A stretch of DNA of 64,000 nt from Tubiluchus corallicola. Lineage: Eukaryota; Animalia; Priapulida. The notes under the pieces were generated by a model. It did no database searches. It was not told the DNA's origin and was given only the letters and a program-made list of their open reading frames with translations. Where the stretch lies: NCBI GenBank assembly GCA_030141605.1, contig JAQGDQ010000072.1:248001-312000 (forward strand), read 5' to 3'. A program made the translations under genes and the position numbers. Below are positions 13,501-34,856 of this stretch, piece by piece. Position 1 is the stretch's first letter, and the number at the start of each line of letters is the position of its first letter.

Positions 13501-16500
13501 TTGAGAGTACGAAAGAGATTACACTAGTTGGCCCCGCGGTTGCAGGTACTACCAGGCTTTCACGGGGTTCGCGACTTAAGAATCGTTTTATTTCGCACAC
13601 ATAGACTGTGACAGTTCTGTATATATGATACAATAATAGAGACTACAATGCCAAATGTGAGAGAAATTTACGATCGAACAACATATTTCGGCGACTATCC
13701 AACAGTCACCAAATATGCGCCAAATAGTCGCAAAACATTCGAGCGTGTTCGCCGTTGTCACCAAACGGTAAATGACGTCGGCAAATTTTTTTAAATGTTA
13801 AAGTTTCTCAGCTGAATCGCAGAACACGCCACTTCGCTAAAATGTCATAAAATTATCTGAAATTTTACCAAATTTGTCGCAAATTAGTCGCGATGCTCGT
13901 CAACAATTTCAAATTGCGCAAAATCTTGGAGAACATTTTGTAATGTTTTTAAGAATGCTACAGCGACTTTGCGAATATTTTTCGAACACTTGCGACATTG
14001 TGGCGATCCTCTGTTGTCCTGCACTTTTCATAGCGAAAACACAGTGAAATTGTCGTGAAATGATCGTAATACACTCGTCCGAATGTCGTGCAACATTCGC
14101 CTGTTCGCATAAGTATCGCAGAAGTCGCCAAAGATACATAAATATGTCGCTCGAATTTCGTACGACATACTCGCGATTTTCGCTCGAAGAAAGAACCGAA
14201 ATTTGCAAAAATGACCCACTAAGGTTATGGGTAGTACCACTAAGGTTATGGGTATTAATTTCGTGGATAAAGAGCTTGTAGGTACTGATATTATTGGTAC
14301 TAAGGATGTCGGTGGTGAGGTTCTGGGTGGTGAGGTTGTGGGTACTGAGGTTATGGTGCTGAGGTTTTAGGCACTGAGGTTATGGGTGCTGAGATTGCGG
14401 TACTGAGGTTACACGTATGGGTACAGAGGTTACAGGCACTGAATTTACTGGTACTGAAATACTACCACAAGATTTAGTACTGCATTGTCCAAGAATTATT
14501 TCGCTACGCATACCAAGTTTATGCACAAAATTATTAGTGTCTTACAACTGTTGGAGCGTTTAAGCTATTCTGTTCTGTCTAGGTGGCAAGCTGTGCTGGA
14601 GGAAATGTGTATTACCCGTATGCAGCCTTTATTGTCGGGATGATTGCCTGTTTTTTCTACTTTGCTGTTGAAGTCATTGTTAAAAAGTTAAAAATAGATG
14701 ATCCATTGGATGTAGTTGCAGGTTAGTACACAACAACACAATAAGAAGCCTACAGACGTTTAAGATTGTTTATTTCGAAAAAAAGGCTGCTGGCACTTTC
14801 ATTCAAAATTGAAAACTTGTTAACTTTCCAACCGCGGAAAATTGTACCTTTCCTTGTCAGGTATTTGACTAGTTATAACACCCTTACAAAAATCTTTTGA
14901 ATATTAAGATTTTATGTGCTTAACCGCTTTGATATAATCTCATTTTATTTTCGACTGCCGACTTGAACATAATTTCTACCATCCACATAACACTTGATTT
15001 TTTGTCTTAGATTCAAGAAGAAGATTATAGTAATATTTTATAACTGTAGTTGGCTATGTTGTAAAACGTATTCACTAACTCTATTCTGGCGTTTTTAATT
15101 TTAAGTCACAAATACGATGAAATAGCTAACAAGGAAAAACCTTTCGTCTCTAAAATTGTACGGCCAGTGTAACGAATAATCAGCTAAATTAGTTGCAACA
15201 ATTAGAAATTTATGTACTGAACGAATGTGAATAATTAAGCCATTTTTATCAGTATAAATCAGCTTTAAATTCCTTGTCATGGAAAATGAAAAATAAAAAT
15301 ATTTTTCTGTAAATATTAATTTGTCGAATTTGCGAATAGCCTAATTATATTTTTCTAGTGATACGATAAATAAAAATTAGAACTTAGGGTGCAATTTCTG
15401 CAATTGTGTTGTTAAGGCTCATTGTGTCAGAAATAATTCAAATAAATTTTATCATCATCATCGTCATCATCATCATGTGTCACAAAAGAGTCATTGTGTA
15501 ACAATACAGCATAAATGCTGTATTGTGTAACAAAATGCTAACAAAGTTTGCTGTATTGTGTAATAATTTCTGTATCGTCTTGCAATAAAAAATGATAAAC
15601 TATGTAACAAGCTAATTTGGATTAGTTTTGGTCCATGGTTTGGCCTTGTAGCGGTCCAGATGTGCTCGAATTATTGAAATGGGTAATGGCGCTTTCAGAC
15701 GTAGAGACTTCTCTCACCTTTGCGCAACTTTCTCTGAGAGAAGTTGCCAAACCGTTCACACGTTGCAACTTTACTCTCAGAGAGAAGTTGCGCAACAATT
15801 TGCGAGAGAAGTCTCTACGTCTGAACGCGCCATCAATTTGTTTTTAATCTAGGCCTGGTTCCGATCAGGGTTAGGTCTGACTCAGGGCCGGCTCTAGGTA
15901 GTTTGATGCCCTAGGCAAAAAATATCTTTAGCGCCCTTAACAGTCAACCCCTTCCCCTACGGCTAATACCAACTCCCAATATTGAATATTTGTTGTGTAT
16001 AATAAAGTACAATGGACCTATCCTGTTAGGCAGCATGTATTATAATAAACTAATTAAGTATAGTTAGTTACCTATCTACAGCTTGTGTTTATTGAACTTG
16101 AAATAGAATTGATGACAACTTGCCTTGGTCATTAGGATCAATCAAAATTTCTGCAATTGAACTGCACAATCTTCGGGTACAAACTCTTGGCTAGATTTTC
16201 CCACAGCCTTTTCATCAGTAAATTTATGAAGCACTAACTCCCTTTTTAACACCCATTTTGCTAGTTTCATCATCTTCACACTATTAAGTCTGATCTGGTT
16301 GCAAATACTTCGTTAGCGAAACTTTTGTTATCGTCCATCACCAATCTTTCGTTTCCTGTATTACTCTCTTGAAGGTCTCGATTTGATCAGATTTATCTGC
16401 TATAATTAAGATTTTGCAATAGCAAAATCAGATAAATACTTTTTCGTTACCACAAATAACAGTTACTGCTCTATGCTGTGCACACGATATATACTGTGGG

Positions 16501-19500
16501 CAAAAGCAGGGCAACGTCAGTAATATCTGCATGAATAACGTAATATAACCTCGTAAAGCAAAAATAGAAAGCGTTTTGCTGCGGGAAGACACTTTAGTTT
16601 TAGCGCCGATGAATCATACATTTTGACAGGAAAACAGCGCAAGCAGTTCGGTTAATTTAATTAAAGTGCTGTGCACTTAAGCAGTTACACATACACTATT
16701 TTATTTCTTTTGCGAAGTTAAGAATTAAAAAACTACTTCGAGAATTTGTCGTCATCCAAAATTTGGCACCATAGGCAACTGTGTTGTTTGCCTAGTGGTA
16801 GAGTCAGACTGGCTGCAGTTTGGCATGGCTGGGACCTGGTCTTGCCAGTAGAGGCCATAAGTTCTATTTTACGAAAATGAAATTTATGCAAAGAAGCCTG
16901 AATTTTCATTTCCCAACTTAGCTGCCGCTATGACGTCGTCCTTACTTCTGCCCTCTGTAGAAAAGTCGTAGCACTATAATACATTTTATGTTTTTTTGTA
17001 GAGAACCTCTAGAGAAAATAAGCACAGCTAAGGCAATGCTGCAGTCGGGATCAAACCTATAAAAAGAGACTTATCTGGCTAAATACCCCTTGGCTAAATA
17101 CCAAACCAGTCAACCAACACCTCAAACAAATCAATTTTCAGACAAATAGATCAGTCACAGAGTATACTTCTCATAGGTCAGACAGAAGTCAGAACAGCTA
17201 CGGACCAGAACAAACGTAGACCTTTGTAAGACTAGACCAACTGTGTGTTAATTTATTACATGATCCATCGTTTTTGCTACTACACAACAACGAAAAAATT
17301 ATTACATAATGATTGTTATATAAGGACTAAATTTTTTACGTAATGTCGAATTTTGTGGATTTGTTAGATAACGCAGAAGCTTTTGTTAGATGATGATATA
17401 CTATTATCTAGTGAACACTTTGTTACATAATGACAATTAACAAATGTTTGATTAGTTTGTTTCTTGATGCTTAGTACTAGAGGTAAAGGTGACTAGGCAA
17501 GTCTAAGCAAAGAAACAGTGTGACCCACTGAATTTCGAAAAATTGCGTCTTTTAGTAAGCATATTTGAACAACATATATGTCGGATGTACGTATTAATGT
17601 GTTATTAATTCAAACAATTTTTGATTTGCGTATTTTTTCTATGCATTTTTAGTACATGGTGGTGGTGGTATGTGGGGAGTCTTGGCAGTTAAAATATTTG
17701 GTTTTAATGGAGGAATCATTTACACGGGAAGCAAAGTAGCTTTGATAGTAAGTATTTTTAACATTAAACTAAAATAAGAATGTCACCAACATGCAAAGCA
17801 TTGAAATGAATGAATGAATGAATGAACGAACGAACGAACGAATGTGCTGGGGGACTAAGATTATCATTATCACGGTTTGAATTCAATATTTCTCTATAAT
17901 AATCTAGCAGAGTTTGTGGATCAATATTATAAGTTATAGTTGTTTTATTTTTAACGCTCATCGTTTTAATTTTCTTCCAGAATAAATTAATGCCTTTAGA
18001 TTTACATGACAAAAGAATTTCCAGTATATTTTTGAAATTTCTATACTTTTTTGTTTCAAAGTTTTAAAATTCCATTGTGTTAAAATTCTATTGTTTTAAT
18101 ATTACACTGTGATAAGGCACTTTGATAAAAACGGCCAAGAATTAATATGATCGTGCACAAAGATTCAGATTAACGAATGACAATTGCAGCAAGTAGCTAC
18201 ACCTCGCTTTTCAGTTTCATGAAAAGCGGAGTCAAACTAGACGTTAAGCAAGATGCTCGCCACTTGCGTATCCCTGGTCCGATGCAGATTCACTAACGTG
18301 TTACAAACACAGTTTGCCCTGTTTTCACATTTTGGCTTCCAGCTCAGACCAATTCCAGCTGAGCGCTTGCACCAGATTTCTACCTTGCAAATTTAATTAT
18401 TCTATGTACCGTAGTTTTACAGTTATTCAATGCTACTCATTTTGGCCTCGTTCTGGGAGCCTTAAAGAATCTCAACTTTTAAAAAGCAATGCACGTATCT
18501 GCACCATGTATTTCTAATTACTTGTCAAAACATTTTGAAGTTAATTCAACTCCCTGGGAGAAGTTGATGACAATTTCAGAACTGATCATTGTCCAGAATC
18601 CCAGGCTCCTAGCTTTTTAGAACCCAGATAAACCTTCCGCTTTCACGAAAAATCTAGTAAGTTCATTTATTGCAAAACTGAGTTATTGGTATCAGCGCAT
18701 TCTTAGTCTCTCCACGAAACGATTTGGTGCTCTGACGCTCGCTAAGCGATTTGTTGACAAAATTAATAAACCTAGCAAGTGCATTTTTCGCTGAAATAAT
18801 TGGGCAGACCTAGTAAGTCTACAAATTGCAATTATGCAGTCAGAAGCCGCTTTTGTAAGCACAGTTGGGTTGGTTGACAAATGAAGCAATTTTTCCCGCT
18901 TTTTTTCAAAACTAGCTGATTTACTAGGTATTCTTTCTGCCAGAATGATGTTTCAGTACTTACATTATGTAATTCCATGCATGATCACGAGTTAGTAATT
19001 TTTCTCAACGTAGTCCTCCAGGGGTTCCACTTCTGAGTCAGTAAGGTTTGCACTTAGTGATTTTTAAACTGAACCACTTTGCTTTTCATTTTTAAACATT
19101 CTTCGTAAAACAATGGTTTATTTTTTAGCTTTTTTTCCGGGAAACCGTTATTCTGGACAGTTTGTTACTAAATTAATTACAACAGCGCACAAGGTAATTT
19201 CATTGTAAATCCCTGTAATTACACCAAAACCTCATAGATTGCTAATTTATTATACTGATTTGAATCCAACATTCGTCACCGTGCTACCCACATGGAGCAA
19301 TATCAGTAATGCGCGGATTTTCGCGTAGTGTATAAGTGTTTGGCTTGCTGAAATATAATCTATCAATTTTTCAGGGTTTGGCATGGAACTTGGTTGGTGC
19401 TTTGTCAATAATTGCTTGGTGTGCTGCAACCTGTACAATTGTATTTGCACTACTCCAGCTAGTTAATCTTCTTCGCGTTTCTGAAGAAATTGAGCTGAAA

Positions 19501-22500
19501 GGTACTTGCTGCACTAAGTTAACGATAATATCTTCCACTTCTCTCTAAAATTTTTCTAGAAAAAGACGCATTGATTAAAGAACCGATGCAAGATTTTTGG
19601 CTAATAGTTCATCGTTTTCTGTTCCCATTTTGGAACATTTATTTACTTAAATGCCTTCTAGTCATGTTGTTTGTTCCTGCTCGTAGTTGCATATTTAGTA
19701 ACACAACAGTGCTGCTTGTTATGATCACTTATTCTTTTGTACATCTTTTTACTAATCTTGCAGTTTTCTTACACTATAATTATCGCATATTAAGATCAGT
19801 TTTAATTTACTTCTTATTACCTTATTATGGTGCACTGACATAAATCTGAAATAAACAATAAAGAGGTACTACATTTAATGTAAAAGGAAAGCAGACGAAT
19901 AAAGTGTTTCCTGCTATTTCAATTCAATAGACTGCTGCAGGTGTATATGTAGGTGTGCATATATGTATACTATATACTATTTTTGTGAACAGGTTTGGAC
20001 ATTCCAAAACACGGCGAACCTGCTTATCCTATTAAAGCTTATGGCCACGGTTGGAATGAGTATTCCATTGTCCATTCCAAAGGTAACAGTAAGTCTAAAG
20101 TCCTATGTGATGTTTGGTTATTACAAACAGATGTCTAATACAATACTGATTTGAATAATCGGTTAGCTCAACTAGACACGTTTAATCAAGGCCCAGATCT
20201 ATACTACGATATCAATCCTGTTAAACCGATGGATTGCTCAATTAGACTTCGCTATTGTTTCAAAAAACTAATCTCTGATATCATAGAGTTTAAAACCATC
20301 AACGACGCGATACTTCCATCGAATCACGCACCACTGGTACCATGCACCTCGCACCACTCTATAAAATGTGATCATGTGGATATCAAATCAAAAAGCTGAA
20401 GGTAAACGTGCAGGTAATTTGGGAAAATACCTGTCAAAGACAACACACCAGGTTTGCGTAGAAAAATGATTCGGATATGTAATTTATACACTAATGCATT
20501 CCAAGAACTTATAAACAATGTACTTATTACCATTGAACTATATACGAGTGCCGCCGTAAATATATCGCAAATGTTAATTGACAGCATGTACGACTGTAGT
20601 CGAAGAGCCAAAAGACAGAACAAAAACCAAGTCCCAAATAACCTAAACACAAATGAGCGTTTGTTAAAACTTAAGCTATCCAGTGCGTTGGATTGCGAAA
20701 TTTGGAAAAATATTAATTGGAAAGGAGAAGCAAGATCAGATAATACAAAAAATCGCCCTACGAATAACATGTTTAAGATACATTTCGAAAATCTGTTAAA
20801 CAGCGATACCGCATCCAACAACTTGATGAATTAGAGAATTACCAAATGTACGTCCCCGTAACATATGACTACAAAAAGTGATTGCGACACTAAACGCAAG
20901 AAAGAGCAGTGGTCCAGATAGTATATAAACGTCTCTCTTCCGTTATGTACATGTAGAATGGATAATGGTCTTAGTAAACCTTTTGAACACAGTTTGCAGT
21001 GTGATTTCCCCTCATCGTTGGTGTACATCCAAGTTTATTGTACTATTTAAAACAGGATGTGCAGCCTCGTGTGATAATTATAGAGGCGTAAGCATTATAC
21101 AAGCTTGCTGCAAAATATACGATTGCCTGATCAACGAACGTTTAAAGTTGTGGATAAAACCTGAACCAAAACAAGTGGGTAGCCAGGCTGAAAGAGATTC
21201 TATTGAGCAAATTTTGACTTTTCGATTACTGATTGACGCCGCTCGTAAAAAGAAGTTCATCACATTTATAGATTTCGAGAAGGCGTTTGACCGGGTTGAC
21301 AGCGGTATGTTATTACGGGTATTAAAACAACACGGATGCGGTTATGTAATGTTACGAACTATCGCACAAATGTATAGACTGACAACAAGCATACTGGGCG
21401 ATACAGAGTTTAGTTATAACTGTGGGGTAAAATAAGGCTCACCAAGTTCAAGCCTGCTGTTCTGTCTATATGTAGATCGCTAATAAAGGCTCTAAAAGTA
21501 CTTGGTGAGAATAGCTGGCTTCGTAGCCTCCATTGTCTGTTCATGATGGATGACACCGCCTTTGTAGCCTTAACGAAAAGAAAAAGTATCGAAAAGATGC
21601 AGACATTATTACAATTTTGCAATAACTATGGCATGAGCATGAATACAATCAGAACGAGATTTATGGTTGTAGGCGGCGATGACCAAGGTAGGGTACCGCT
21701 GATTGCTGACAATGTTGTGATAAACACACTACCACATATACATATCATGGCGTTATGATAACGGAAGATGCAAAGATGAGTACAGTTATTACAAAACATC
21801 TTGAGAGTAAAAATCCCAACATCTTAAAATTTCACGCATTTATCAGTAAGAACAATGACTATCCGTACTGGATAAAGAAAAAGGTTTTGGATAGCGCATT
21901 AATAGCAGATGTCTGCTATAGTGCCGAAACATGGACTACTAACTTGAAAAGCGTTATGCTTACCACCATTTATATGGAACTCATCAAATCTCTGCTGTCT
22001 GTTAAACATGCAACATGCAATGATCTAGTGTTGTTGGAAACCGGCTATCCAGCTTCCTCAACATAGGCCAAGTGCAGGCAAATGCATCAGTGGAGGAAGA
22101 TGGCAAACTCTCCAGAGAAACATCAGACATTGTTCGAAGCATATGAAATAGACAAAAGACAAATAACGCAATAGACAAATAACGTATAACATGTAGGGTA
22201 TAATATGCCCTGGCGTTGGCAGCCATTAGTCTCGAACTCAAGACTGCGCCTATTGCAGTCCGAAATCTGAAACACTCGGCCACCTAATCAGGGACATTTG
22301 TAAGAAACTTTTAATTACAAGCAATAAAATATGTTTCTAGATCATAAGTTAAAAAAATGGTCCTGCTTTCCTTTAGACTTTGTTTTGTAGAAAAGGTCCT
22401 TTCAAATACAATTTAATTTTGTCGTGTATATTCAAAGCCACACTAGAAAGATAGAAAAATAAGTAACGTTACTTCAAAACATTTGTAATATTCAATATTG

Positions 22501-22837
22501 TTACTGTTGTAATTATCGTCTCATTTTTTCAAGAAGCTGGAGATCTCTTGATCATTTAAGTTTCAGAATGTACCAAATAGTGTAGCCTAATGGCTTTACT
22601 TCCCAGCTGCCTTATCGTCTGTTGTCTTAAGTGGATTGAGATTTTTAGTACCTCAGCTTTTTTAACATAGAGAAATCAAAACGTTTAATGAAAAATTATT
22701 TTTCTATTTTTACAGGAAAATCCGAATCAACAGAGAACATGCATGAAAAGTCTGACCCAGAAACCGCGCGGGATGCGTCTTCTGGTGTCAGCAGACGAAA
22801 CATTTCAAGCAATTTATCATATTCAACAAAATTATAA
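2455..22837 (+). CDS. Amt: Ammonium transporter, Amt/Mep family (animal Amt type), 12 coding exons, ~490 aa
   Basis: Exons 2455-2584, 2779-2868, 4216-4440, 5500-5594, 7637-7768, 8097-8207, 9095-9211, 14583-14721, 17653-17747, 19375-19501, 19993-20082 and 22716-22837. All junctions are GT-AG and phase-consistent (1473 nt total). Motifs: [89 protein letters not shown]-like/[12 protein letters not shown]. The last exon is the least certain. Confidence 0.93.
3050..4095. repeat. Interspersed non-coding repeat with internal degenerate tandem units (GTGACCTC..TCAAAGGTCAAGGACA / AGTCACGAAAC motifs)
   Basis: The motif recurs at ~3140, ~3550 and ~3895, and again at ~26655 and ~28485. It may be a non-autonomous Helitron/Helentron-type element; the class is an inference. 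Confidence 0.55.
4460..4620. repeat. (TA)n-rich microsatellite
   Basis: Directly visible in Amt intron 3. Confidence 0.9.
6900..7510 (+). mobile_element. Decayed CR1-type LINE 3' fragment in Amt intron 4
   Basis: ORF 7023-7250 contains VKDLG and [20 protein letters not shown]- and FKSRL-like remnants follow. Confidence 0.7.
9360..13503 (+). mobile_element. Decayed L2/CR1-group LINE (endonuclease C-terminus, RT and 3' end) in Amt intron 7, interrupted by a solo LTR
   Basis: Fragmented ORF2: [61 protein letters not shown] and YLGVILD, with many frameshifts and stops. It ends in AATAAA plus a (TTGAA)-like tail at ~13470-13503. Confidence 0.9.
9692..11102. mobile_element. Solo LTR-like insertion (~1.4 kb) with a 4-bp TSD (CTAT)
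   Basis: Begins TGTTA (9692) and ends TAACA (11102), flanked by CTAT at 9688-9691 and 11103-11106. Excision rejoins the LINE frame as NMPMYIRDFK. Confidence 0.8.
14215..14460. repeat. Degenerate ~15-bp minisatellite (GGTACTGAGGTTATG-like)
   Basis: More than a dozen imperfect adjacent copies with no unique spacers. Confidence 0.85.
15686..15833. mobile_element. Small fold-back MITE (PIF/Harbinger-like termini)
   Basis: ATGGCGCTTTCAGACGTAGAGACTTCTCTC ... GAGAGAAGTCTCTACGTCTGAACGCGCCAT is a near-perfect 30-bp inverted repeat, with a second inner inverted pair. Confidence 0.7.
15883..16811. mobile_element. Possible hAT-type non-autonomous element
   Basis: The left end CAGGGCCGGCTCTAGG has a degenerate inverted right end (TAGAGTCAGACTG). 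A related end (CCTAGAACCGGCCCTG) occurs at ~7303-7318. No TSD is recognisable. Confidence 0.4.
20140..22330 (+). mobile_element. Decayed non-LTR retrotransposon ORF2 of a distinct lineage, in the last Amt intron
   Basis: ORF fragments: SNHAP (endonuclease end), [27 protein letters not shown] and LFMMDDT as the RT catalytic motif. Frameshifted. Confidence 0.85.
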
Positions 22838-24632
22838 GGTGAAACGCAAAGAATCAATATGTTCTATTAATCATAGTAATAATAATGATGGTGATGATGA
22901 AGACGAGAACATTCTGCAATGTGCTACAGAATAAATAAGCTTGTACACGAAATGTACATCTTCACGCTGCAATGGCCAGTTAAATCTGAAGTTGTCTCCA
23001 TATTGATTTTCATCATGGAATACAGTGATAGTCGCCACTTGTATTTGTTTGTGCGGCTGTTTCAAGCTGCTGTCATCTAGTGCTAATTTTGTGAGACTTC
23101 CGTAAGCTGGCTTACTTGTAGGTCTACTAAGTGATTACTGATTATCTACATAATTATTCTCTACGTAATTGTAAATAATGGTTACTGTGAAGCCTGTGCA
23201 GTTCTACGTTAATGCCTAAAATTCCTGTAACGGAGATCGTTTTACTAAAATGCGGCAAAATGCAGTAGTTTTCATCTTATATTTGTGTTTTAAAATAAAC
23301 TTTTTGGTTGTGCAACGTACAAAGACATAGTAGTTACAGTTTGTCTCTTTGACGTCATTTTCTGTGTTTTTAAACTCGGACATAATAATGTAACTTCAAT
23401 ACGACATTTACCTTACTCACGTGATATCATCTCTTAGCCTCCGTGTGCCACATACCACTATTGCAATCCACGTTGCTACAAAACTCTAAAAACTGAACTA
23501 CAAAACTTCTGGACAGCGACACTGGACTGCTATTCATGCTGTTACACAAGAACAACTTTACAACTGGCTTTGGCAAGTATTATAAAGTGCAATTAAGGAC
23601 TAGATTTTTATCTTTTTTTACTATGCGGATGCTTAATTTACAAATTAATGATCATTTTAATTAATGAACGACAGGACACTAGATCTAGATCCCCAGACTG
23701 CTTTTCTTAGTGAATTATTTTCACTTCAAAGAATGTCTGTTTATTACATGTTTTGCTTTCATATACAGATATATTATTGTAATTTATTTTTGGTAAATTA
23801 AACAATCAATATTAAGCTATACTAGTTTGATAAATTACTTTGCAAGCCTGCAAAGTAATTAATCAAAATACGCTAGAAGAACACAGATCAAATGCTTCCT
23901 GCAATGTACTTTCCAGTTCTTCAAAATATAAACTCAGTCAAACAACAAAATCTAATCTTTCATGCACAAGTTAATTTGACATTTCCAGATGTAACAATCA
24001 TTTGTAAGTTTATTACGAAAGAGGGTAAAAAGTTTCGTGTTGGTACAATACGAGTAGAAAAATAGATAAAACTAGACCGTGTTCGTGACAAAGTTAAACT
24101 TAAGACTCTGCATTATGACCAAAACTGCAAATGCTGACTGTGGAAAATCTTTTTTCTGGCTTGATCTTTGACTCAAGATCATAATTTTGCTACTGCTGAA
24201 TTCTGCTTATTTAGGAAATCCATTTTATTGCAACCTTATTTTAGCACTTTCGCCTATGTTATGTGGCTTGGTCACGCTCAGTTTTCGAAAAATTCTTAGT
24301 ACACGTCTATGCTCGAACGCCTACCCATATATGCAGTAACATAGGCTTCTAGTCGAATACTCTAAGTGGTATTGAGTCTCAAAGTCATTTGCCCTAATTT
24401 TCACATTTTGGGTTCTGCTGCTTTAACCTTTAACTGAAGTCACCATTCCTAGATAGTTCTCTGACTACCTATGTTAGGTGCTCATCCTGCAAGTTTCGTG
24501 ATCCTAGGTCTTATACAAACGGAGTTATTGACCAGACCTCATTTTAGCACTTTCACCCATTTCACTTGACCACGCCACGCCCATTTTTTGAAGATTACTT
24601 AACACATATCTGCATTCACCCCCTACCACAAC

Positions 24633-25996
24633 TGTCGTGAATAAATTTATGAATCGGTAATTTAGTGATAAATTAATGGAATTATCAACTGAATTAGATT
24701 CAGTTGATAAATCGGATACCTCCCTGATTTGATAAGATAAATTCATTGATTGATAATAAGAACTCACCCAGCTGGTAAGGCATGGGATTTAATGCGATGC
24801 AAAATTATTCCACAGGTGTGTTTTTTCGTTTACTGAAGGTAAACAGGTGTTCATTAAGTGAGGACGCAATCTTGCTTTATAGCCTCATGCAAGCGTAGGT
24901 AATCGTTCTTTATAACCTTATGCAGAGTTACACGTAATTAACAAGAAAATCGCAATAGGCAAATTTCTTTGGAAGAGAAGCTTTCTGGCCGACGCCAAGC
25001 TTGTGCGAAGACATCAAGAGGAAGAAATTCTGAAGACAGACCAGGCGTGTAGAGCCTTGGAAATATTGCGTTTGGGCGCGAATTGCGCAAGGCGAGGATC
25101 TTGGAAATATAAGCTCAGAGTTGGGAACACGAGGTGTTAGTTAGTCGGGCGTGAGTCAGTCAGCGGACATCGAGGGAGTCAGGAGCCAGAGAGAGGCAAC
25201 ACAGAGAATCTGACAGAGTGTGGAGACATCGTTTGAAACCAGCGTGGAACAGCTCTACGTCCTCAGCAGATCGTCTGGGCACTGGATCGACGAATAGTCT
25301 CACAATATCATTGGAGTTGACCAAGTGTGCTAGAGTTGCATTGTGGCCATTCCACCGAGTTAAGTAATCTTAACGCATTTGTAACTGAGAGTAACTCTGC
25401 ATAAAGGTAGTTCACATTGTATTAAGCACCTTAAGTGCAGCATACGGATTAGTTGTTAAGTGTGTAGTTCACATTGAATTAAGCACCTTAAGTGCAGCAT
25501 ACTGAATAATTGCTAAGTGAATTGCTTGAGTATCTCTTGGAGCTATACATTAGTTGTGAACGCCTACAAACGTGTAAGGACAAATCTTGTACAGCTACCT
25601 AGATAGAAGTAAACGTGTAAACCAATAAAGTTGATTCACTTTGACGTAATTTATGAGTTCATGTATGCTTCAAAGTGTTTGAAGTTAAGCAACACTAAAT
25701 TCGATATACGATCCTGTAGATTCGCATTGCATTAATTATTAATTAATTTTATAAAGCTCAATTGCGGGAGCTAGGCTAGATAGCTTTAGGGTCAAAGACT
25801 TTACTCACAACGCGAAGTCGAAGTGTCAGTCTTGAAGGACAAGATTATCGCCCGATAGACTCATCTAAAGCCCTAGGAGCCGGGTGATCAATCACCTTGT
25901 AGCAATTAGTTATATAGGAAGCGAATCGATTAAATTATTATACAAATCACTTGAATACTATACGATCACAAGATACAAAAGAAAAGGAAAGTGATA
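24633..25996. mobile_element. Second solo LTR-like insertion (~1.36 kb), related to 9692-11102
   Basis: Starts TGTCGTGAAT and ends GTGATA (decayed ...CA), flanked by CAAC on both sides. It shares ordered motifs with the first copy (GCGTGGA, TGGCCA..CCGAGTTAAGTAA, ATTGCGG(G)AGC, CACAACG). AATAAA lies at ~25624. Confidence 0.6.
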
Positions 25997-27199
25997 CAAC
26001 ATGCATTGACTCCTAGTCCAATGCTGTAATACGAGTCCAGACGCAGCCACATTGGAAACGTAGGTCTCATACTGCTAAATAGGTAAGACTTATAATGATA
26101 CAAGGCAAGTACATGTAGCGTATATTTATAAAAAAAGGGTAACGAAAAGCAATTTTACTGAACATGTATGATGTTATAAAACAATTGAGTAAATACTTGT
26201 AATTAGAATCAATAAATATAATTGAGCATTCATATTTAATCTGTACTCTAGAGTCCAGATGAGAAGTGTTCTTTGCTAAATGGAGTAGATTCTCCTTCAA
26301 ACTCGTAGGAACGTATCAACTAGCCACCTGAACCCCTTCTGCGATTAAGAATTCTAATACCAAACATTCAGCAAGACGCAGTTGCTTTGATTTTTATGTA
26401 TGTGTTATAAACCATAATGGTGAATAATAGATAATAGATAATTATTCACAATTGCTTTAAAGTAATAAAAACAAAAATAATCATTCACTAAGACTTTATT
26501 TAAGGCGCGCATAAAGCAGAATCTTATTGGAAATCAACCGTTTAATATTATTTTTCCATGCTACGTCGGTGAATAACTCCAAAACAATGGTACCTAGAGT
26601 CACGAAACTTGGTAGGTAGGCACCAGTGGTGGGACGACTAATATTGGTTTAATGACATTTGACCTCGGATCAACGGTCAAGGACACTTCTTTGTTGCTCA
26701 ACGCCTCATAGGGCTTTAAGTTAAATTCGAAATTTTTCATCAGTATTTAGGTCCTGTGGGGTAGGTGCGCATTAAGTATTTTTTGACAATTGGAGTCTAG
26801 GAAAGTTCCGAGTTGGGAAATGTGAAAATTAGGGCTGGACTTTTCGCGGGGGAAAGTGCTATTACTTTGTCAGTTAAACGGGGAGGGGGAGCAACCGTTC
26901 ACAATGTCATATTCGGTAAAAACTGCATGAAGAATTGTACATCTTAATTATGAATATTGAGTTTCTTTCCATAGCACTTAATATATGCTTTCACAGAACA
27001 CACTATTGAGTGAAGTGAACTAAGGAGTTGCAAAATATATCTTAAAAAAACTACGATAACGAACTTTTTAGAAGTTAACTTACTGTGTAGCAGCTTAGTT
27101 GTGACTTTCTATATACAGTTTCATAGCAATAAACACATTAAATCAGACATCATTTCATAATACAGCAAACAGAAAAATCAGCTTGCACAGAAAATGCTT

Positions 27200-34856
<7,657 letters not shown>

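Noticed and set aside
14215-14460. Short repeat array that superficially resembles CRISPR
   Set aside because: The units are adjacent and degenerate with no unique spacers, there are no cas genes, and the context is a eukaryotic intron.
17790-19110. Possible further minus-strand LINE remnants in Amt intron 9 (FWKKIK- and KRGVA-like fragments)
   Set aside because: Too decayed to assign boundaries or family by eye.
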